A DNA stretch of 64,000 nucleotides, from contig NC_081369.1 of NCBI RefSeq assembly GCF_030684315.1, forward strand, positions 9,958,035-10,022,034, in the 5' to 3' direction. This document shows, piece after piece, positions 39,701 to 50,599 of this stretch (its first letter is position 1; each line of letters starts with the position of its first letter). This DNA is from Stegostoma tigrinum. Taxonomy: Eukaryota. A program made the position numbers and the translations under genes. The notes beneath the pieces were generated by a model that ran no database searches, had not been told where the DNA came from, and saw nothing but the letters and a program-made list of their open reading frames with translations.

Positions 39701-42700
39701 CCGCAAATATTGCCGGATCTGCTGATGCTCTCCAGCGACTGCTGATTTTTTTTCAGATCTCCTGTATTCGCATTTCTTTGTTACATTTTAATCTGGATTT
39801 CCAGAATTGGTTAAATATGTCTTTTCACTTATCTGTGTTTATTTTCTGTGCCTACCACTGAATAGTAAATAGGACCAATGGGTATTCAACTCATTTAGGT
39901 TGTATCTGTGGCGGTAAAGACTTATGAATACAATGAGGTGCAGCACAAACTGCGCTGTAGTCAGCCTGACAGTATATATTTTCATAATATTGTGAAAGAG
40001 AGTTGAGTCAGATACTCTGTAAATGGCTGAAGAGCGAAGTTGGCTGTGGGTCAATTTCAGCACTCTAAATTAGAAGCAGCTGAACTTCATTAGACTACAT
40101 GAGCAAAGGCTGTGATGTAACATAGTACAGTGATCAGACATAATGGCTTAAGATGGGAGTTAAAAGGGGAGCAACTCACGTGTCAACGTGCCTCATGTCA
40201 GTGGCAATGAACAACATTTTATTAACAGAGAAACCTGTTGCCATTGTGACTGAGTAGTTAGCAACACTGTTGCACAGTACCAGGGACCTAGTTTCAATGG
40301 CGGCCTCAGGCAACTGTCTCTATGGAGCTTTCACATTTCCCCCTGTGTCTGCGTGGGTTTCCTTCAGTGACCTGCAAAAACGTGTGGGTTAGGTCGATTG
40401 TCCATGCTAAATTACCAATTGTTTCCAGGGATGCGTAAATTAGGTGGGTGACCCACGGGGGCTACAAGGAGAGGATAGGGGATTAGCCTGGGTGCGTTGC
40501 TCTTCAGAGAGTCAGCATGGGCTCGTTGGGCTGAATGACGTGTTTCCACACTGTAGGCATTCTGAGGAAGAAACTTAGAAACTTTTACTAGAAACATAAG
40601 AGTACATATGTTGGGTTACAGAAATGTAACTACTGATTTAATTGGATGTACAGAATGTCAATATTGGAAACAATGTGAATTATCTGAGAGAATTTAATTG
40701 ACAAGTAACGTAACTTAGATCTAAACATGCCATATTCAGTTTTGAAAATATCAACATATGATTTTAATGCTTTCTAATATATTTCCCATGGCATGTCGTT
40801 ATACTAATGTCTTGAGCATTAATCTGTAAGAAAGTAACAATTAGTATTTTACTGAAAGAGACAGTGACTGTTTCTTCCATTGGCCTCGGACACTCATACC
40901 TTCTTTAAATTTAGTAACAGTATAGGTGACAACAGCTGGGATCTTGAGAGACACGTGAAATACCATACAGGTATAGTTGTCTTCTGCTTGTTTCACGTCA
41001 GCTAAAATGCTGGAAACCTTATATAGTCCATCGGTTCTCTTCTCTATGCTGTTTTGTGCTTCTAATGCAGTTTCAGCGCCATTTTTATACCAAGTTAGGC
41101 TGAGGTTCTGTGGAAAAAATGGTGCTGTTTCACACACAAGATTCAAAGACGCGGATGAATTTCCTTCAAATGGCCTGGAGATAATCTTAAGTGGGGTTGG
41201 TGGAACTGTAAAATAAATAATGCATGAATCAATTTGAGTCATTGGACTCATTTGGAACAAATTTGATTTGTACTTACTTTAAAGTGTTGCTGAAGAAACT
41301 GATTACCTTTCCCTTTAATGTTAAAAGGCCATCTACACCTATATCAAAGACACCGAAATCTGGCCAATGTCCCCGAATTATGAAATATACTCATTGAGTT
41401 ACTCAGTAGACAGAAACATACAATTATTACTATGCAGAATACAGGCGATGCAGGCCATTATACCTACTGGTCAAATTAATATTTCACTCAATGAGAGACA
41501 CCCGTCTTCGGCTGTAATCATGCACATAGTCCTTTTCAGAAAATAGTCTAATTGCCTTTTGAATGATTGTGTTCGTGTCCACATAGATGACAACGACATG
41601 GAAGGAGTAAAAAAAAAGTTCTGCTGAGGGAATATGAGCAGCAAGAATTGCATTAAGAAGCTCCATTAACACGAACTTATAAAGCAATAACCTTCTGAAT
41701 GCTGCCCACATCACAAATGAGCTATCGTACGTTAAATTTGATGAGAACATGATATAAAGGTCTCAAAAATTAATGTATTAGACATACTTTCGGGTCATAA
41801 GACACTGTCACTAGAAATGATGGAAGTGGGAGGAGTAATACTGGGAGCAGCCTTCATCTGAATCATGCCAGTGTCTGTGTTCAGGCGAGTCGTGTCGTGC
41901 TGGGAAATCTTAGGGAACAAGAAGTAATTTGACAATAGAAAACAATGCAAGCGTACATCGTAGCAGGGAAGGGTGTAATGATCAGACAGCAGCAGGAAGG
42001 CGCAGCTTCTGCAAAAGTAGATGCGCATTTGAGTCTGTCGGTTAAGCCACAGGTTTCAAAAATAGAAAAAAGGACTGATCGAAAGGTTCTGTACCTGCAT
42101 GCTATTAACATTCGGTCAAGAACAGACATGCTGATAATGCAAATATAAATAAATATGCCTGACTTGATAGCCGTTTTAGAGACCTGCTTGCAAGGTAATG
42201 AAGTCTTAGATCTGAATATCCAAGAATGCTATATCTTGTGGAAATGATGGAAGTGTAATCTTTTTATTTAAAAAATGGCAATGGTAATGCCGGAAGGGAT
42301 CACGTTGTTTGAACGCTCAAGATGTAGAATTAATTTGAATGCAGCTGAGAAGTTGAAAAGGAATGTCTTGTAGGGGTTGTACACTGACCCACTGTCAGTG
42401 ATCATATTGCAAGTTGTGGTGCATGTAAATATGGTAAAAGGGGCTTGTCTGAAAGATAGTCCAATAACCTGGATTTATTTGGATTTGCATATAGATCGGA
42501 TGAATAAAATTTGCAAAGATAGCCTATCAATTAGTTAATTAAGTATTTATAACTATAGTTCTTCGAATAATATGTTCTGGAGCCAATTAGGCAGCATGTC
42601 ACTTGGCATAAGATAATGTTCAATGGAGTAGAATTTATTAGTAAAATGATAGAGAAGGCATTCTCCAGCAGCAAGAATCATAATAAAATTGAATCTAACA

Positions 42701-45700
42701 TTAATTTTGAAGGGGAAAAATACAATGGATGTAAAAGTTGTGTTTCAAACTTAAATAAGTTCAACTATGGGGGCATTAATCTTTAAAAAAAAGTTTGAAT
42801 GAATACTACAAACGTTATACCATTCAAGGATATGGGACAAATGGAGGAACTCGGCGTTCACAAACTTCAAGTGTGTCGGTTCTGTTGGTAGTTAGACTCG
42901 ATGGGCTGAAGGAAATTTTCTGTGTTATATAAATCTATGTGTCCACGATGACAGACAATGCTAATGTGGAGTGAAAAATTGTGTTACAAGATGTATCAGT
43001 AAAGTTACAATGACTGAAGGAGTACATTCCAGTGAGAACTATTGACTTCAAAGTAGAGAAGGACAGTCCATAATTGACTAAGGAAACTAATCATGGTACA
43101 AACGTGGAAGAAAAAGACCATCATTTCGCAAAGACAAGTGGCAAGTCAGAGGGTTGGTCAGAAAAAAGAACATCGAAAAATACCTAAAATATTCCTGAGG
43201 AATATTAGATAGCAAGACTTTTTTTTACAGGTGTTTAATAAATGATAGGGGCAAGGAAAACGTTGGTCCTTAAAGGAGTATGTCTATGAAATTAATCATG
43301 GATCAAACTGAACTGGTCGATGAAATAAGTGCATATTTTGTGTTATCTTCTCTGCAGAGGAGACAATTAAAATCTCAGAACTGATTACGAATGAGGTGGT
43401 GATATTCGTGGTGAAAAGTAAAGCAATTCATTCACTCAAAAAAGCGTATGGAGAAAATTGATAGATCTAAATCCTAATAATTTCATGTGTTCTAAACAAA
43501 CACATCCCACTGACTTAAAAAGTGGGTATTAAAATAATAGCGACGTATGGTCTTGATTTCTAAAAAATCTCCTGGAGTCTAGGATATCCCCATCAAATTG
43601 GAGAATTGCAAATGGAATTTGTTCATTCAAGAAAATTATGAGAAAGAAAGCAGGAACCTGTTGTCAGATACCTTCAAATCCATCCTGGGGAAAAATGCTT
43701 TTTTATGCTGTATATACCAATGCGTTTATAAAATTCTGTGCTATCAGGCAGATTCAGTATGTTTATTTTTGAAAGACATCCTGTTTGACCAATTTAGTTT
43801 AATTTTATGAAGAAATACCAAGCAAAGTGAATAATGGAGTATCTGTGGATGTATGTACTTAGTTTTCCAAGAGGCATTCAACAAGGTATCAAGTAAAGGA
43901 TTATTGTGCAAAGTAAAATGCTGTTGCAGAGAATAATAACAAGTCAAAAGGGGAATTCTGTAGAAAGCAGAGACTGGACAGCAAGGCAGAAATGGGTCGT
44001 TTTCATGCTTTCACCAAGTAATGAATTTAGTATCACAGAAATTAGAATTTTGGACAAAAAGAAAAGCATATGTTATGTTGATGATTCGTGTGCAGAAAAC
44101 TAACATCTAATTTTAATTTTTTTTGATACAAGGAAAGCTGCAAGATACGTTGTAAAAAAAGAGTCGAGGAAGTGATAACTTAATTCAATGGGCAAAATAT
44201 TGCAAATCGAGTGCAATGTAGCAAAAATATGAGCTTTCACACTTTTGTAGAAAGGATGTCTGAAATATAATTGAATTTATAAGGAAGACATTGCAGATTT
44301 CCCAAATACAGCGTGATATTGTTGGCCTGATACGTGAATCAAACAGAATTAGTATGACACAGTGAGGGCCTGTTTCCGTGCTGCAAATCTCTATGACTCT
44401 ACATGGAAAACAAATGGAATATTATCATTTATTGCAAGGGGAAAATAATATAAAAGCAGAACTGTTCTGCTACATTTGTAAAGAACTTTGATAAGATTCC
44501 ATCCAACGCACACATTTTTTATTTTATTATCCATGAAGGGACAGATGGCTTACAGATAAATTATGAAGGGCATTCTATTGTTACATGAAATGAGGATTTT
44601 TTTTCTGAGGAAAGTTAAGGCATGCTGGGTCTGAATCCATTGGTGAATAAAATAGGATGTGATCCGTTTCAGACATATCAGATCCTGTGAGGGTTTGACA
44701 AGATGGATGCAAAAACGATGCTCCACCTTGGGCAAGAGACTATAACTAGAAGGCAACATTTAAATAGCAGTGACCTTTGCATTATAATGGAGTGAAAGAG
44801 GATTATATTGTCTCCGAGAATCATGAGTTTTTGACACTGCATTCCACAATGAGACATGAAGATTTGTAAAGATTTTAAAGTTAAAGGTAAATGTATTCAT
44901 GACTAACAAGAAAGAAAATTTGATTAGTAGTTGGGAATGTGCAATTGACGCCATCATTAGATCTGTTCCGATAACATTGAATGTCAGAAGAAGCTCAACG
45001 GGCCAAATGGCCTTTTGTCCACCCAAATTTACATGTTCCTTTGAGCTTGTCTCCACTACAATGCCAGATAATGCATTCTGGAACTGAAATATGCATTGCA
45101 CGTACACGTTTCTATCATATAACTTTTATTTATTTCGTCAATTACAAATCTGATTGCCTTGACTTCGATATCTCCACAAATGAGAAATGTTTCTCCCCAG
45201 CAGATTTTGAAAACCTTAATCAAGTATCTGAGTATTCTTTTTCTTTTCCCGTAAAGCCTCCAGCCTATCTTTGTACTTGATATCTGTAGCCATGGAACCA
45301 TTCTCATGTATACTTCCTGCACTCTCTCAAAAATACTCACATCCTTCCAAAAGCACGTAACCTAAAACTAGGCACAATACTGTGTATTTTCTATCTTCTC
45401 TTTATGCTCTATCTTTCAAAATTAATGACTTTATGATTCTTTGCCCTGATCCCCATCTGCCGTTGGCCTGTCACTCCCTGTTTTTGATAGAATAGCTATC
45501 AATTTTGTCTAAAATTAATGATTTAGAAGTCACCCACCATCAATTTTAAATTGACCGATTTGCAGTTATCTTATTTTTAGACCTCATTTGGACAAGAATG
45601 TAATGTTTAAAGCTCCCCAGTTCTTAGTCATCGACCGAGTGTAAGTAAGATGTATGAATTATTGCCAGGGAAGACATAACTTTTACTCTCATATCACTAG

Positions 45701-47532
45701 TAGCCTTGGATGCATGTCAGTCTGTCCTTGCATATTTTAACGCCAAGGGACGGGTAGCCTCCCTAACTTTCACATTCCCCATTAATGGTCAATCATTTTT
45801 TTCTCTTTCACAATAGGTCAAGTTGTTCATTTCTCTGGTAAAGAGAGAAGCAAAATATTTGAATTAGTATCTCATTTACTTCCTGCACCTCTGAGTGAAA
45901 ATTCTTTTCCTGGTCATTAATCTTGTCTGTCTTTTGTGTTTCTTTATAATCATTTGCGCACTTTTGGAATGATTTGAAATTCCAATTTGTGTTAAAACCC
46001 AATCTCTTTTTGCGCTTTCTTTTCTCCTAATGTCAACTTTTTTTACTTTTGCTCTGGAGTTTTTATACTTAGTGTCATTCTCGATTGTATTTACTAACTT
46101 GAATCTGATAGGTCACAACAATTGAAGTCTAATGCTTTTCAAAATTCAAAAACAAAAATAAAACTTGGAAGCAATCCGTGTGCTTCCATATTTCAGGCAC
46201 AGATAGATGATAACGAGGAACCTGCTGTTAAAACCAAAGCCTCCAGATGAGATGAATTTGACAATCAGATTACAACTGGTGAATTACTCATGTGCATTTA
46301 AAGAATAGAGGATTAGACCACATCGTCTTTCAAGTGGCTGTTACGTTGACTTATGACAGGACAACCATGTATGCTTCAGAAAATGGGCTAAGAGTCTGAA
46401 TTTACTGGAAAGACACGAAGACATTTCAGTTCGTCACTTCCTTGAAGTGTGTTCCAGACATTAGCTATTATACCCAAGATTCATACTTTACATTTAGAGT
46501 TCGATTCTAAATGCCTGCATTGAAACGTGTGACATTGAATGCCTACGTAGCTCTTTTGTTTCAAAATATCCTCATTTATGATTGATATGCTCCCCACCAT
46601 TGGGCTGTTCATTTGTTCTGCACTTACCATGAACAATTAGCTTTGACCCTGTTCCATTTCCTTGAATGATTCCGTGACACATCACTGCACAGTAATAGAC
46701 TCCAGCGTCTTGGAAAGTTACATTCAGCAGGCCGAAAGTGCGATACCATTTATTTTCCATACCAAATCGTTTTCTGCCATCGCCACTGTCTTGCAGGTAT
46801 TCAGATTTGCCCTGTTTCCACCAGCGCACGGTAACGCAGGTTACATCTTGGAAGCTAGGAAATCTGCACGCCGAGATGATACTTTCTCCTCTGGTTACAG
46901 TCACTTCTTTGGGTATTTGGGTCACTCTGAACGAAGTGCGGTCTGCAGCTGTCAAGAATTGTGTCAATTACAGGCTAATTATTTTACACATCGTACGTTG
47001 AACTAAGAAAGAAGGGAACGGGCATGGATCGAGCGGAAATAAACCGTAATAAATTGATTTACATAGATATTTACAACGGCTAGCACCCCTCGCTGCCTCT
47101 GAACCAAATGCTCCGCATTGGAGTCAATTCCGCACTTGATGACTAAAGAAGGCGCAATCAAAGATGGCTGTACTTGTTTATCATTAACCCGCAAAATATT
47201 CCAACACGTTTATATCAGGCGCTTAGAGCGGGAGAATTTCCGGCTCAGCCATGATTGAGCTGGACTCGCGCCCCTCAAATTATACCGTCTGACCATCGGC
47301 GGGCGTAGTGTTTGAGGATAAAACCTGTGATTCAAAAATGAACGTAAGACACGGATTTCTATCCCATGGGCCGCTAGACTTGTAAAGATAAAGACAGAGA
47401 AAGCAAAAAACAAATTTACTTCGCTGTTATTTCGGAAGTAGTTCGCAAGTTATCTGGGGTAATCAATAAGAACCTACCTGCGGGAATTATCCTGTGGAGG
47501 ATCAGGCACAAGAGAACCAGACGCACTGACAT
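36700..47532 (-). CDS. Non-rearranging IgSF receptor, L-V(J)-C1-TM-cytoplasmic ITIMs (SIRP-like / NKp30-related VJ-C1 type), 7 exons, 319 aa
   Basis: Exons on the minus strand: 47532-47478, 46948-46628, 41205-40900, 38528-38415, 37789-37749, 37216-37115 and 36720-36700. All introns are GT-AG, with phases 1,1,1,1,0,0. The exons total 960 nt and read open to a TGA. Confidence 0.88.
36815..37015 (-). mobile_element. Decayed tRNA-derived SINE in intron 6
   Basis: The reverse complement begins gggttccttagctcagttagctggacag (A-box-like head). Confidence 0.45.
37115..37216 (-). CDS. Exon 6: cytoplasmic ITIM exon (RELDEAVHYTAVEVKK...ERAMYGQ)
   Basis: Pyrimidine tract followed by cattcag|. Contains VHYTAV (canonical V-x-Y-x-x-V ITIM). 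Donor CAG|gtaagc. Confidence 0.82.
37749..37789 (-). CDS. Exon 5: 41-nt cytoplasmic mini-exon (YKDYLTGPTHREES)
   Basis: ttcatttatag|...|gtatgt. It converts phase 1 to phase 0, exactly as needed to join exon 4 to exon 6. Confidence 0.78.
38415..38528 (-). CDS. Exon 4: transmembrane segment plus basic stop-transfer
   Basis: DNVVNSLYFWLLGCVVIGMTFLVPIIVIRRRGRLQNNR. Acceptor ttctgtag|, donor T|gtaagt. No charged residue in the TM. Confidence 0.88.
38614..39197. mobile_element. Candidate solo LTR in intron 3
   Basis: TGT...ACA termini and similarity to the LTR-like region at 34140-34760 (ctttatt..gttaaa..acaa block). No exact TSD. Confidence 0.45.
39240..39353 (-). mobile_element. Short PLE-terminal hammerhead element in intron 3 of the VJ-C1 gene
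   Basis: Core at 39300-39327 (GAAACAUC variant). Perfect 14-bp TSD ggtgtctataaata at 39226-39239 and 39354-39367. Confidence 0.85.
40245..40565 (+). mobile_element. HE1-type SINE
   Basis: agggacctagtttcaat (B-box remnant), gtgtctgcgtgggtttcc, catgctaaatt and tttccacactgtagg. Confidence 0.8.
40900..41205 (-). CDS. Exon 3: Ig C1-set domain
   Basis: LVCETAPFFPQNLSLTWYKNG...DGLYKVSSIL...YTCMVFHVSL matches the C1 signatures (C-x4-F-x-P..W and YxCxVxH). Acceptor ttttacag|, donor G|gtatga, 306 nt, phase 1-1. Confidence 0.93.
42080..45050 (+). mobile_element. Old, highly decayed CR1 LINE in intron 2 of the VJ-C1 gene
   Basis: VLYLHAINIRS (APE start), WRIAN..LF and QEAFNKV remnants, followed by a CR1-like 3' tail. 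Confidence 0.65.
46628..46948 (-). CDS. Exon 2: Ig V-set domain with J-like G strand
   Basis: Reads VTQIPKEV..C..W..R..L..DAGVYYC..GNGTGSKLIVH. Acceptor ttgacag| (an in-frame alternative ctgcag| would start the exon at 46942), donor G|gtaagt. Confidence 0.93.
47478..47532 (-). CDS. Exon 1: signal peptide MSVRLVLLCLILHRIIPA
   Basis: ATG at 47532, hydrophobic core, and a phase-1 donor CAG|gtaggt, as is typical of IgSF leader exons. Confidence 0.8.
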
Positions 47533-49794
47533 TCTGAGCAACTGATTTAACTGATCATGCTCTACTTCTACTCCACGTCTGCAATTGTTGTGCATAATAT
47601 GCGGTCAACTTTTGGCAAGATGCTGCGCGATGACGTTTGGCATCCTGTAACAGTGGGTTCAGAAACAAAAGGCTTCAGTTACTTAATGAAACTTCGAAAC
47701 TTTTGCAGGAATTCAGTTGCGCAAATCCGATACGCATTGGACAACAAGCGGTGAGGAAAATAAACTTGGCGATGGACTTCCAAGGAATTGTGGTCTAATG
47801 CAAATTTCCCTGCCGTCACTTTTGTTTAAGACAGAAGGAACCACTTTTTTTTAACAGGAGATTCGTATCAGTGCTCTTTCAAAAAAAAAGTGGGGCGGTA
47901 TTTCCACTCACACGGCTCTTTTATAGCGCAGAATTGTCTGAAGAAAGTAGGCAAACCCTCCCGTTTCACTGCAATTATTTTCCGAAGTATTAAATTTAAA
48001 GTTTCAGAAAGCCTTTTTGTTAAGTGTTGGAAATCAGTATGTAAATACGTGGAATGCTAATGGCAAGGTGTCAGGGGGCCATCTAAGTAGACTGCCAGCT
48101 GTGAAGGGTGCAGGTGAATACAGTGGAGTGTGTCAGCGGGTAGATGTCTGACAACTGGAGGAAGTTGGGCTGGTCGGTTCCCGTCCTTGGAGAAAATGAG
48201 TAGATTGGAACCAAAAGGGGTAGATGGGGTGAGGATAAAGGGGAGCAGGTCTTGGAATCTGAAGGAAGAAGGGGTAGGAGGTCCGATCCAGAAGGCTATA
48301 GAGGAAGCGTTTCCAGAGCAAAAGAAGGGCAGTAGAGTTCAGGGCAGATGACGCAGCTCCAGTCCAGTGAAGGAAAGGGAATGTTGTCTTCTACCTACAT
48401 TCTATAGCGTTTGTGCAGTGCAAAGAAACCTAGCGCGGTGAAGTCAAGCAGTTGTCGGGTGAGCGAACCTAACGTGGCGGAGAGTGAGTTCCCCCGGCAT
48501 TTGTGGCGGCGGCGACAATAGTCAGGGCGAGGCGGCAGTGAGAGCAGGCAACCACAGGTTGAGTTCGGTGCGGACTGGAGGTGAGGGCGCGGCCTGGAGG
48601 CAAGGCCCAGAGTGGTCTGCTTGAAATACAGTAATGCTGAACTTTTTGTTTCTTTACTTATCTAACTTGTTCCTAATGGTTTGTACATAAACACCTGCTA
48701 AGATGGTGCAAAGAACCGCAATGCTGAATTATTTATTTATTTCTTTATCTTTTTTTTCTGAAATCATCTAGCTAGGTATCATTGTACCTGTAAGTGGCGA
48801 CATTGTAAACATTTCACTGAATTCATTTGAGTATATTTGACAATAATCCTCATTCTAATTCTAATTCAAAAATATCGTAATGAGTCATGGCCCGTGGGTC
48901 AAGGGAGAATGAAGATTGGGAACGGAGAAAATGGGGCTGAGGGGCATGGATACCGTGTGTACAGTGAAAAGTCGGGAGGATTTGGAATTGCTGAATATGT
49001 TTGGGTCTCAATGTGGAGCAGGTGAAGAACTCTCAGCGGGTGAAAGGAAGTCGTAGGCAGCGTTGGAAGAAAGTTGGATCTGTTTTGAACTGATGGCGCA
49101 GCGAGGTAGGTGGAGGAATTACGGTGATGTTGAGTTTGAGAGTTGCCACGTCAGTGTTTAGGGGGTGCAAAGTGCCTGGTGAATGTGTAGTGGAAGGTTT
49201 TTGAAGTAACTATGCATCTAATAACCTAACTTCTCGTGATTATTTTAGTTTATTTCACAGAACCATCTAATTTCTCCAGTTTAAATGATAACTTGACAGG
49301 TTGTCAAGCCGAAAGGAGTGTTCAGTGAAATCTTCAATTCCCAGGCAATTCCTTCTGAGTATGTTCCGAAGTAAATTCTGCAGAGTCCCCTTGAGTAACT
49401 CCTATCAATGCTGGAATAATGATTGCAGCGGCACTGGAAAATCTGGACCCTATTGATTGATTATTTAAGCTCCGAGACATGTTACAGACAGGAACTCAGC
49501 TGTATGAAAACTGCATGAAATAATGAAACTGAGCACACAACGTGGCGTTGACTGAGGCAATGACTACAATTATAAACCAAGCCTGTCTATGATGCAAAGT
49601 CCTACTTAGTAACATCGAAGGGCCTGCGCCAAAAGAATTGTCCCACAATCTGGTCAAGCAGAAACTTGACGTTGTCATGCTCCCGAGGTCATAAGTGTTG
49701 TGTTCAGATAATGTCCCAGGTTTCACAATTACCAACCCGAGAATATAATGCCCCACTGGTAGCAATGCCCTGCCAGCGATACATAGTTGGGAAA

Positions 49795-50030
49795 GAACAA
49801 AAACAAAGTTGCTGGAAAAGCTCAGCAGGTCTGGCAGCATCTGTGGAGGAGAAAACAGAGTTAACATTTCGGGTCCATTGACTCTTCCTCAAAGTTCTGA
49901 GGAAGGATCACCGGACCCCAACATTAACTCTGTTTTCTCCTCCACAGATGCTACCAGATCTTCTGAGCTTTTCCAGTAATTTTGTTTTTGGTCCTGATTT
50001 ACATCATCCGCAGTTCTTTTGTTTTTTATA
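49795..50030. mobile_element. Palindromic PLE-terminal insertion, third subfamily, degenerate hammerheads (CUGAGGA-type)
   Basis: Arms at about 49795-49891 and 49897-49992 are inverted. They contain ctgaggaaggatcaccggacccc and gacccgaaatgttaac. Confidence 0.75.
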
Positions 50031-50599
50031 TAAGTGGGAAAGAATCTCCCTGAGGGTCTGCAACATTAATTCCATATGCATAACATATAGCTGCAAATAA
50101 AACATGAACAAGGAAAGCTGCTGCTAATTTACATCTGCACCTACCTTGCCACGTTCATCACACACCCATCCAACATCAGGCATCACAAACCTCTCACGCA
50201 ATGAATCAATACATCAGTATGTCAACACAACTACATGAAAAATAGAGAGTAGCAATGGGACAGCAGAAAAATTTTTTTGCTAATTTACTCTGCTTTGCTA
50301 ATCAATCTGTTCAGAGGAACACAACTGTTCCGCCATTAAAGGGCACCCGGGCCAGAGCAGCATGCCCGTGGGTTTACGCCGTCATCAATGCTGGATTACC
50401 GAGCTGCGGCGTTGGGTCTATCGCCACCTGTTGGTACGTAGTTGTATCTGCAAGCAATGTCTGTGCTTCCTTAACGTAGGTTGGTTTGATCAAAATGACG
50501 GTCGTGTACTTTTGTCTGTTGATAGGATTACGATGTCCTTGCCTTACTTAAGTTTATCTAGTGCTATTCTCTTTGCTGTGTTCAGATTGTCCCCTTTGT

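Noticed and set aside
46572-46967. Rearranging Ig/TCR/IgNAR V segment
   Set aside because: V and the J-like strand share one exon ending in a splice donor. No heptamer-nonamer RSS or D/J segments were seen, and the tail has ITIMs.
48060-48860. GC-rich segment upstream of the receptor gene as a CpG-island promoter or gene
   Set aside because: It ends in a LINE-like 3' tail (gacaataa..(ttctaa)n) and looks like an interspersed repeat whose family I could not assign.
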